A program made the translations under genes and the position numbers. From positions 14,570,001 to 14,634,000 of the forward strand of contig OZ116700.1 in assembly GCA_964199315.1 (NCBI GenBank): DNA of 64,000 bases. Reading direction: 5' to 3'. The notes under the pieces were generated by a model, which was not told the DNA's origin, did not search any database, and saw nothing but the letters and a program-made list of their open reading frames with translations. The DNA comes from Orbicella franksi (lineage: Eukaryota). Of this stretch, positions 49,766 through 59,220 are shown in pieces (position 1 is the stretch's first letter; each line of letters starts with the position of its first letter).

Positions 49766-52039
49766 TAAGGATGAATATGCTAAAAAATTTACAAACGCAA
49801 TAAGTTTAGGTGAGAATTTTTCTAAGCAAAAAAAACTAGCTGTGAAATTGACAAGGTAAGAAAACTATCAAAGCACAAACGCGTAGCGAAAAATTTGTTT
49901 GTATGGAATTTTTTTTGTATGATTTCATCCAGCTTGCATCAGCTATAATCAATCAACGTTTAAAAGAATTTTATAGCAAACAAAGCACGATACAAGAGTT
50001 GATAGGATGTGTTTCTCGTTTAAACAAATGAGGCATTACACAGGTTTGTGGCAAGCGTATATTTAATGACTTTTATCTTTGTTTTATCTTCTGTCAGTAC
50101 TATAATAATTACTGTTAAATACTTACGGGAAGATTAAAAAATTATCAGATAACCCACACCACCCTATTACCCGCAGCAACGGTAGTTAACTGAAAAATTA
50201 ACGCATTACCCGCTGGTAATCTGCCAGAAATTAAAAATTAAAAAATTTACAAACGCAATAAGTGGAAGGGCAAACTTATTTGCAAGATGAAAAATGTACA
50301 CAGCTACCGTGGAAAAACTGATTTCACAGGCAATCTTTCCAAAGTGAGAGACAGAATGCGTTTCGGAAGCACTTGTAATGGATATAAATGTATATGATTG
50401 GTGGAGCACAAAGAACTCAGGAAGTAGCTATATTTGCTGGAAAACCATCCCTTATTTCACACACTATTCAGCTATTCATTGTTAAAAGAGCTTTGTTCCA
50501 TAACAGCATGTCTATGTATAAATAAGTTCATGAAAAGCTATTACAAGGCTTTTAAGTCGCGGAGATTCTCACCATTCTTGCAAGCGTGGCTGTTTCTGTA
50601 GCTGTTTTTAAAACACGCTGCAATTTATGTACATCTGAATTTACAGTATTGTGCAAAAGTAATGAGAGCGTAATTCAACGAAAAATGGCGAAGTTTTGTT
50701 CACCTCGAAAGCTCGAAGAAAATTCAACAAATTTTCCTGCTGCCCATTGTTTTAGTCGACGTGAATTTTCGAGCAGTAATTATGTCTACTGATAATTTGG
50801 CCCGATTTTTCGAGCGAAAATTCGCCCTCCTCAAATTTTCCTTTGAACTTTCTAGCAAAAATTCACTCTGCTCCTTAAGTTTCCCTTTGATTCCCAGTAG
50901 TAAGATGAATTAAGCCAGAGCAAAACAAGAACGTTCGCGATAAAAACGTTATTATCATCGTGAGTGATAGTAATATCTCAAAGCCTTTTCTCACAAACTT
51001 ACCTTGCTCATGTCCAGAGATAGCTGATATAACTATTGTTACAGTCTTACAGCTCACAAGCTCAAATGGTTTGTTTGCCAACCTGTTTTCATCGAACCAG
51101 AAATGCTACTCGCGAAAGTACTCGCCGTGCAGCCACAATGAACCCAGGCTCTGCGCGACCTTGCAATATTATCATCGAAGGTTCAGGCCAGTCTCTTACA
51201 GATCTGTTTAACTCCACTGAAGACTTTTTAACTCGTAGTTTTAGTAACATTCAAGCTCTATTGATTGTTATAAACCAATGTTTAATTGTGTACTGGGTTG
51301 ATTTTACGGAATGCTGCGGTTTTTGGTTGGGTGCAAAATAATTAAATTTCAAAGACATGTATTTCATTCACTTAAAAGTACTTCGTAAAAATAATTGATT
51401 TTCACCATGTGCGAAACCTTCAAATGGATTAAGCTTCTGGTGGTTAAATCGCAGAAGAATGGTCTACAGATTCCTGTAAAAATTTCTTTGGGTGAATGAT
51501 TGTGAGCGACGGGTGAGCTTTTCAAAGTATGTTAAAAATGCAGATGTTTGACCATCCATCGTCAAATTTCAATTTACAGGTTAGACATATTTTAGCACGC
51601 GCCACATGTCTTGAGCTATATTAAGTTGAAATAGACACAGAGCTGATAATTTCGAAATGTTCTAACCTTATTTGCTGTAAAAGGCAGGTCCAAAAACCGA
51701 TTTGATGTGTTTCCGTCACCATTCGTCGCACATAAAGCAGAAGTTTGCTTTTGTTTACGTAAGGTCTGATGTACATCGCCAACTGTCAATTTATTTGATG
51801 GTCGAATACCATGAATCTATGACCCTCTTTCAACACATGCGATCACCACTGCAACTAAGTCAAAAATGGCTAAGTGATTTGTAGATAGTTGCTTGCTTTG
51901 CACTACACCAAAATATTACGTTTGATCATCATTTGATCTATTGCTGCTTGAATCCTTGCTTGCAGCAGTTTGTTGTTTGTTCACTAAACTCATACCTAGG
52001 TCTTTTTGCACTGTGCAATTATTTTTGGTTTACATATAA

Positions 52040-52482
52040 TACAGTGGGCTACCCTCGGGGAAATGGGAGGTGGCCGCTTAATAGTGGTTGGCAGCTTAAT
52101 AGAGGTTGGTGTGCCTTGAATACTTTTTCACTATCGGGTTATAAATTTAGCTAAATTACTTAGTAAACATGGAGTCAATTCAAGACAATCATGATAGACG
52201 TCATTCTTGGAGACTCTGGGGCAGTTAGTGGGGGCAGGGAAAAAGTCTGAAAGGGTCTTCACCTCAGCTTTTTTCTCACCTGTTTAGACTTTTCCCCGCT
52301 CCCAATAACTGTCCCTGGGTCCCCGAGAATGACGTCTATAATGATTGTCTCAAACTGACTTCATGCTGACTAAGAAATTTATAACCTGATGGTGAAAAAA
52401 TATTCAAGGTACACCAACCTCTATTAAGTGCCAGCCCTTATTAAGCGGCCACCTCCCATTTCCCTGAGGGTAGCCCATTGTA
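52040..52482. mobile_element. Tc1/mariner-type MITE-like segment inside the palindrome
   Basis: TACAGT...GGTGGCCGCTTAATAG and its inverse CTTATTAAGCGGCCACC...CATTGTA. Confidence 0.55.
52201..52332. mobile_element. Small hairpin MITE at the palindrome centre
   Basis: TCATTCTTGGAGACTCTGGGGCAGTTAGTGGGGGC...GCTCCCAATAACTGTCCCTGGGTCCCCGAGAATGA. It resembles a common coral MITE (from recall). Confidence 0.65.
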
Positions 52483-54340
52483 TTATATGTAAACCAAAAA
52501 TAATTGCACATTCGTTTCATTGCTTAATTTAATCTCTTCCTACTCAACAAGACTGTGCGCTCCCTGTGGTTCCAAGCCTTATGGACCCTTACGTATTAGG
52601 ATAGAAATTTTCCTACCCCTAGCCCCTAAAGTGGGATGACAGCATTGCATGACGAACAAAGAATGAACCGCTGCAAGCAAGGATTCAAGCAGCAATAGAT
52701 CAAACGATGATCAAACGTAATAATTCGGTGTAGTGAGAAGCAAGCAACTATCTACAAATCACTTAGCCATTGTTGACTTAGCTGCAGTGGTGATCGCATG
52801 TGTCGAAAGAGGGTCATAGATTCATGGTATTCGACCATTGAATAAGTTGACAGTTGGCGATGTACATCGGACGTTGTGTAAATAAAAGCAAACTTCTGCT
52901 TTATGTTTGACGAATGGTGACGGAAACACGTCAAATCAGCTTTAGGACCTGCCTTTTACAGGAAAGATGGTTAGAACATTTCGAAATTATCAGCTTTGTG
53001 TCTATTTCCACTTAATATAGCTCAAGACATGTGGCACGTGCTAAAATATGTCTAACCTGTAAATTGAAATTTGATGACGGATGGTCAAACATCTGCATTT
53101 TTAATGTACTTTGAAAAGCTCTCGTGTCGCTCACAATCATTTGCCTAGAGAAATTTTTGCAAGAATCTGTAGACCATCCTGCGATTCAACCACCAGAAGC
53201 TTAATCCATTTGAAGGTTTCGCACATGGTGAAAATCAATTATTTTTACGAAGTACTTTTAAGTGAATGGAATACATGTCTTCGAAATTTAATTATTTTGC
53301 ACCCAACAAAAACCGCAGCATTCCTTAAAATCAACCCAGTACACAATTAAACATTGCACAAAAATATTTGAGTGTTTTAAAGACGGAAGAATGATGTGGT
53401 TTTGCATGCGAGGGTCAAACTTGTTTAACAAAATGATGCGTCAAATGACGATTTTAACAGAATTTGGTAATTTGCATATTTCTTTGAAATAAAAGGATAT
53501 TTTGCCAAAAAAAGCTATCCAGTAGTTTTTGTCACATACCATAGCCTATCTACCATAGGAATATGAGCGAAATCAAATTTTTGACCCTTGCTGCGAAATT
53601 AAGAATTTGTCTGATTTTTACAGGCAGGCACTCTTAAAAGCTAATTTTGATTCTTACAGGGTTTGACTTTTTGCCATGATAAAGTCAACTAATGGCTTTT
53701 CAACTTGAACTTGTAACAAGATTATAACTTAACCTTATACGCCATTCACACCAATTTTTTGTATTCCATTTGTGCTGCATGCAATTCTTTTCTTCTGACA
53801 AGACAAGTGCTTGCAGGAAATATTTTTTCAAAATCACTCCTCCCCCCTCAAGAGTAAACTGGTCAGCCCCTTAGAACTGTCATCAATCAAGTAATTACAG
53901 TAATTCACATTTGTTGTTGTTTCGCTCCAACTTGTTACAATGCCAGTGCCTCTTTTAGAATCATTGGAACACTTGTATCTTGTGTATTTATACTGGCATT
54001 GTAATTCTTTTTTTCACTTGACAGCCAGAGATTAGCATAACTAAGAACTGCTCTATCAATGCAAAGAAAGAGCAACAAGGAAACATTAACACAAAACATA
54101 TGTCAGTGTTAAAAATCATGTTGCATTCTTCTGTAGTAACATATTACTCTTGATCAAGTTTGAGGAGAGTGCAGTGTTGATTACACACATGCACTTCATT
54201 GAATTTTTTAATGGCAGAATAAGACAAGTTTCCAGAGCAGAAGAGAATAGTGTTATCATCCACATCCCTCAAGTCTGCACTGGCTATTTCAGGATCACAA
54301 AGACCGTAACCTTTTCCTTGAATGTCCACAACCATTAGTT

Positions 54341-56960
54341 GTTTTATCTTTTTTTTTACTCTTAACAAAAAAGATCAGCAACTAAATTCTTTGTTAACAG
54401 TAAATTCGTTACGCCTACAGCTGAACAAGGGATAAAAGAAGCCAGTCTAAAAGTCTAAAATACAACTTATTTTTTGCCTTCTGTTTAATGTTACCAAAGA
54501 CACTAGACTCGCCATTTTCCAATACAAAATAATTTATCACATTCTACCCACAAATTCAACACTTTTTAGAGATTCAATCAAGGAACATGATAAATGTCAC
54601 CTCTGTGGAGAAAGACAAATGTTAGCCCATCTTTTTGTTACCTGTTCTGAAGCTCAGCTTTTTTGGTCTCTCTTTACTAATTAGTGGAGCTCCAAAAACG
54701 GAGATAGGATCACTGTCGATGAAAATGAGATAATATATGGCGTGACAGATAACTTCGCTTGTCATCTTGGCTTAAACCTCTCCATGATTATGGCCATATA
54801 TTATTTATATACTGCCTCAAGAAAAGAAGAAGAGTTTTATTTTGATGCTTTCTTGGGGATTTTGACAAACAAAATTAAAATTGAGAGACAAATCTAAATC
54901 ACAAATTAATATGCGAGAAAGCCTCCTATTGTAGCTAACCCCCAACATGAAAGATATTAACAAATTGTAATTTAAGATATTAACAAATTGTGACCTTCCA
55001 TAGGAAAACATGTCCTGTTGAAAACAGCGTTTTTAGGGCGTTTGAAACGCCTCGCAAACGGGGTTTGACAGCGTTTCAAACGCTTTGCAAACTCTTTTCA
55101 AACGCTTTGCAAACCCTTCGCGAACTCCTTACAAATGCTTTTCAAACCCTTTGCAAACGCCTGTCAAACGGTTTGCAAAGCGTGTCAAACGCTTCTCAAA
55201 CCCTTTGCAAATACTTCACAAACCCTTTGCTAACTTTTCGCAAACCCTTTGCAAACGCTTTGCAAACCCTTGGCAAACGCTTCTCTTGAGCACCGGCGGA
55301 ACCAGTCCGCAAGGAATAAAACGTGCTTAGCAATGATTAGTTTTCAATACCTTACGGTCAGTAATTAACTGTTCTTTTAACATAAGTAGCAAGATGAAAA
55401 GATTTATATATAGTTATTCAGTATGATGGGAAAGTGCAGAAATGTATTTAGAATGCACGAGCACGCGATGTGAGTTTGTGTTTTGGTCGCCTGTGTTTAC
55501 GATTTATCAGCTGATTTGACGTGAATGAAAACTTCTCGCCGGTCATACAAGCAAATGTTCGCTGCAGTTTTCTCGCAGACACAAAGAGAAAGGTAAAAGA
55601 TGAATTTTAAATTTTACATCTTAAATATTATTTGAGCATTTGTTGAAATTTCAATCCAAACATTACGCGGTGAACACAAACAACTGACAAGCCGAAATTT
55701 TCATAATAGCTCGACGGTCGTGATTGTTTACGCTTGACAGATTTCGCGAATGAACCTTGTCATGAATTCGCTACATCAAACAACCGGGTGTTATTTTTAA
55801 AATGTACTACATAAATATGTTTACAAATTCGGAAATAAGCTTGTGCCTTGCCAAAATTGTCAAAGTATGGCTGCGGTATTTACCCGGAATGTTTACTAAG
55901 CTTATCTATTGTGTCTTCTTTTTGTGCTGTGTTTGTGTCGGGAAAACATCAACTCATTCTTTGCTGGAGGAAGAAAATCTTCTGTGTCTGTGATTTGGAA
56001 TGGAATGTGTAACGGCAGTGTGTTTGTGCCGAAAGGGTTTCGATGTTCTTGAAGAGATAATTTTAAAATGAAGGGATTTCGTGTTAATATGCAGCTAGTG
56101 TAATTTTACTACCACAAGAAATGGAAGTAGTGAAGGCTTGATCATTGAGGTGAGCTTGTAACTTTAGCTAGATGATTGTCACAATTAAGTAGATCAACAA
56201 ACCGAAAGTTTGATTAATATACGAATTGTTGCATGTATGAATGACCTTATCGTTCAATTTTTATCACTCCTGTCAGCCTGATTATCGTCAGGTTCTGTCT
56301 CGCTCATTAGCGAGACATTTTTAGGGCCAGAATTTCGACCGTGTCTCGCTCAGAAGTTTTGTACGGGATCACTATTAGAAGCAAACGACCAATTGTCAAA
56401 ACCACCGAAGCTGAATAAAAACGCTCCGAAGGGTTTAATGTACTGAGCTTTTATGAAAATTATAACTAAGATGGCTTTTATTAGCATACAAACCCTTAGG
56501 CAAACGATTTCAAACTCTTTGCAAACCCTTCGCAAAGCCCATGCACACGCTTTGCAAACCCTTTGCAAACTCTTTTTAAACGCTTTACAAACTCCTTTCA
56601 AAAGGTTTACAAACTCCTTTCAAACGCTTTACAAACTCCTTCCAAACCCTTTCAAATGCTTTAGAAACTCCTTCCAAACCCTTTCAAACCCTTTTAAAAG
56701 CGTTTCAAACTTTTTCCAAACCCTTTGCAAACACCTTGCAAACGCCATTTGAGGGCGTTTGAAACACCATTTGGCCCAAATTGAAATGTTCGATAAGACC
56801 TGTTTTCCTATGGAAGGTCATAATTGTAAATAATGTTAGTACTGTAAGTTTTGTTAGTATTGTTAAATTGTAAGTTACTTCAGAATTGTAAGTAGTAGGT
56901 AATTTTTGTATGTAATGTAATATAAGATATTGTAATGAAAACAATTCTTTTGAAAAAAAA
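54341..56960 (+). mobile_element. 3' fragment of a Tx1/L1-like LINE (C-terminal Cys/His domain, 3' UTR, A-tail), split by a TIR element
   Basis: TKDTRLAIFQYKII..ILPTN...CHLCGERQMLAHLFVTC...FW...LNLS...YLY. The AT-rich UTR resumes after 56820 and ends in TGAAAAAAAAA at ~56960. Confidence 0.8.
54991..56820. mobile_element. Non-autonomous TIR element, 1830 bp
   Basis: Perfect 20-bp TIRs TGACCTTCCATAGGAAAACA at 54991-55010 and 56801-56820 (24 bp with 1 mismatch). Subterminal (CAAAC-x-CTTT)n arrays at ~55070-55285 and ~56505-56745. No long ORF. Confidence 0.88.
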
Positions 56961-57474
56961 ATGGAACTACAAACAAATGTTGTTTAGAAGATCCCATGCG
57001 CCGATTTTCCATCGAGTTATATTTGCAAGACTGGTACATGTTTACAAACCAGGAAGAAAGAAGATATTAGAAACACAAAAGCCTTTAAAAAAGGTTCCAA
57101 CATTGCTTCACATGCCTGGTTGAACGACCATTCCATCGACTTTGGCAATGCACACGTGATTGAAAAGGGAAATTTCCGTGTTAGAAAAGCTTTGGAATCC
57201 TGCCACACAGCAATTATGATCCATGCTGACAGTAATGTGAAACAATTACCAAGACAATATTCAATTTCATTTTGAACTTTACATTAGCATTTTCACTAGC
57301 ACACAAGCATTTTTATTGTTTTTATTATAATTTTGTTTTTTCACACTTTTATTAGTATATATTTTAACGTTCACGCTTTCTATCTATTACTCGTTAAAGA
57401 CCACAGACTGGTAGTCGACAGCTTGTTTTAAACAAATTTTTAACCAGAGATCGTTTTTCTATTTTTCCAAATAA
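56961..57474 (+). mobile_element. Penelope-like element C, 3' fragment (GIY-YIG tail + pLTR)
   Basis: YICKTGTCLQTRKKE...GSNIASHAWLNDHSIDF...R..LES. Degenerate hammerhead-like TTAAAGACCACAGACTGGTAGTCGACAGC near 57395-57425. Confidence 0.8.
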
Positions 57475-57870
57475 AACCATTAGTTTTTTGCCCGACTTTA
57501 CATAGGTGTAATGCGCAAAGGTCTCCGCTTTCAGACTGACTTCACTTCGGTCACGGTAGATATCTCCTGTATTGTTAACATACTTGGATAATTGGGTGGT
57601 GCTATCCAAAAAATTTTCCACAGTGACACACTCTCTATTAAGTTTGCCAAAGTACCCTTTCGTGTAGGCGAATGTCACCAAACTCCTGTAGCTTCTCCAA
57701 TTCTAAGTTCATAGCAAAATTATGGTTCAGCGAATTCATTTGAACAGCTTTACGTTCAATGTTGTGAATTTGATTTTCCTTCACCTTTTTCAATACATAC
57801 TTTCCATTCTGAATTCCGGACAGTGCATTTGCCTCGTAAGCATTGCGAAAGGTCCCACTTGCAAATTTTT

Positions 57871-58091
57871 AGTTTTTACATTTTATTTGTAGCTTAATTG
57901 TATTATATAGCGTATTTAATTCTTAGGATTTTAACTTTTAGGATTTAGGATTTTAGGTTTTTAAAGGATTAGGATTTTAATTTTAGGATTTTAAACTTAG
58001 GATTTTAATTTTAAAGTATTGTAAAGCGCCATGGACAATTAGTGGAAAATGGCGCTGTATAAATGTATATTTATTAATTTATTTTATTTTT
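57871..58091 (+). mobile_element. L2/CR1-type LINE 3' tail
   Basis: (TTTTAGGAT)n tract, then TGTAAA-GCGCCAT...ATGGCGC-TGTATAAAT stem-loop and a (TTTA)n tail. It interrupts the alpha-kinase between RLSLQK and FASG. Confidence 0.7.
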
Positions 58092-58785
58092 GTAACGAAA
58101 GCCTTACTTGAAATTGTTCGAGCCATCTCATGTCCGTGACAGAAAACTCTTCAAGTGTCAAAGTAACAACATCAGTTTTAGGAGTGATTAGCTTGCTAAG
58201 CTTTAACATTACACTTAATGGCATTGATGCAGGCATCATGGATGGTTGGGGGATTTTTACCTTCTATTCCCACAGACTTGCTTGCAGGTACTGATTGAGG
58301 ATATTTGTGAAGCCAGTCATGCTGTTGATTCGAGGCATCTGGACGTGCAATACCAGGTTCGCTAAATATGATGTGAAGCACTTTCCAATTCTTTATTTGG
58401 CTTGTCTCAGTGAAGGATGGTCCCCTCTCACCAGCAAGCAAATCACACTGCATATCGGTGAGCTGGAAATGCTTTTTGCATGCTGCTTTAATATTTTGGG
58501 GCATAGCTTCGCATTTGAGGGGAACCATGGTCAGTGGACCGATACCTAAATATTTTTGGCACGTGCCCTTAACAGATGAGGAAAGGTGTTGCACTGTTAG
58601 AAATTCCAATCCAGTTGACTCTGCTTTGTTGTTCCCTGTTCGTTTCTTGCCTACTTTCGCTCTAAATGCATCCCAATCCTGCTTTTTCTGCTTGGACATT
58701 TTGGCACATGGCATAAACACAAACCTAAAGTGCATTGTAGGATATATAAAGTTGAAATGTCTGATTGGCTATGGGCTCTGTGGGC

Positions 58786-59027
58786 CTATGGCACTCATGG
58801 GCCATGTGCATTTTTTTGTAATTTCTAAATAAAGAAATCGTCTTTTTTATTTTTTACTTTTTATTTTATTTTGTTTTTGTTTTAAAAACTAAATAGATAA
58901 AATAAAAAAAAGCTAAAAAAAAGGAAGAAATGGAAAATAAAAGGAAAAAAAGAAAAAGAAACTAAAATTAACCAAAAAAAAAACAGGAAAGATATAAAAA
59001 CTTCATGGCCCTAATGGGCCACCATAG
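58786..59027. repeat. Foldback-like element: T-rich left half, A-rich right half, GC-rich imperfect termini
   Basis: CTATGGCACTCATGGGCCATG at the left and CATGGCCCTAATGGGCCACCATAG at the right. The T-to-A polarity switches at ~58885. Confidence 0.55.
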
Positions 59028-59102
59028 AAGTTGGCTAAACAATGCGATGCAGTCTCAAAGTAAATGGAAGTGGAGAAACAACTAATAAACAATAAGATGA
59101 GA

Positions 59103-59220
59103 TGAGGTTTTTGTGATACCCAGAATAATGAAGGTTGAAGTAGTTGTTATCAGCCGAAGGTGAAGGCTGAGGCTGATAACCCTTAGCGAGACCTTGATTA
59201 TCCTGGATATCACAAGAACC
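59103..59220. repeat. Palindromic interspersed repeat (Crypton-associated type)
   Basis: TTTTGTGATA..AATAATGAAGG..TTATCAGCC / GGCTGATAA..CCTTGATTAT..TATCACAAGAA. The family assignment is from recall. Confidence 0.65.

Larger units (their letters stand above)
51276..53356. repeat. ~2.1-kb imperfect palindrome (long inverted repeat)
   Basis: Outer arms 51276-~51965 / 52671-53356 and inner arms 52012-~52250 / ~52285-52510 are reverse complements. The paralogous ORFs 51702-51884(+) and 52752-52934(-) show this independently. Confidence 0.95.
54144..58699 (-). pseudogene. Intronless alpha-kinase (eEF2K/MHCK-type domain) pseudogene in three pieces: ~58092-58699, 57475-57870, 54144-54340
   Basis: FASGTFRNAY, YVLK, CVTVENFL, KYVNNTG, KAETFAHYTY..SGKKLMV|VDIQG..LCDPEIAS, FCSGNLS..AI..F...HVCNQHC. 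The N-terminal part reads NIKAACKKHF..CDLLAGERGPS. Confidence 0.88.

Noticed and set aside
53370-53640. Sola3/Kolobok terminus (GGCACTC-TTAA)
   Set aside because: No matching opposite end was found in the window.
54990-56752. ORFs 54990-55289, 55085-55330 and 56453-56752 as repeat proteins
   Set aside because: These are translations of the non-coding CAAAC-CTTT subterminal arrays.
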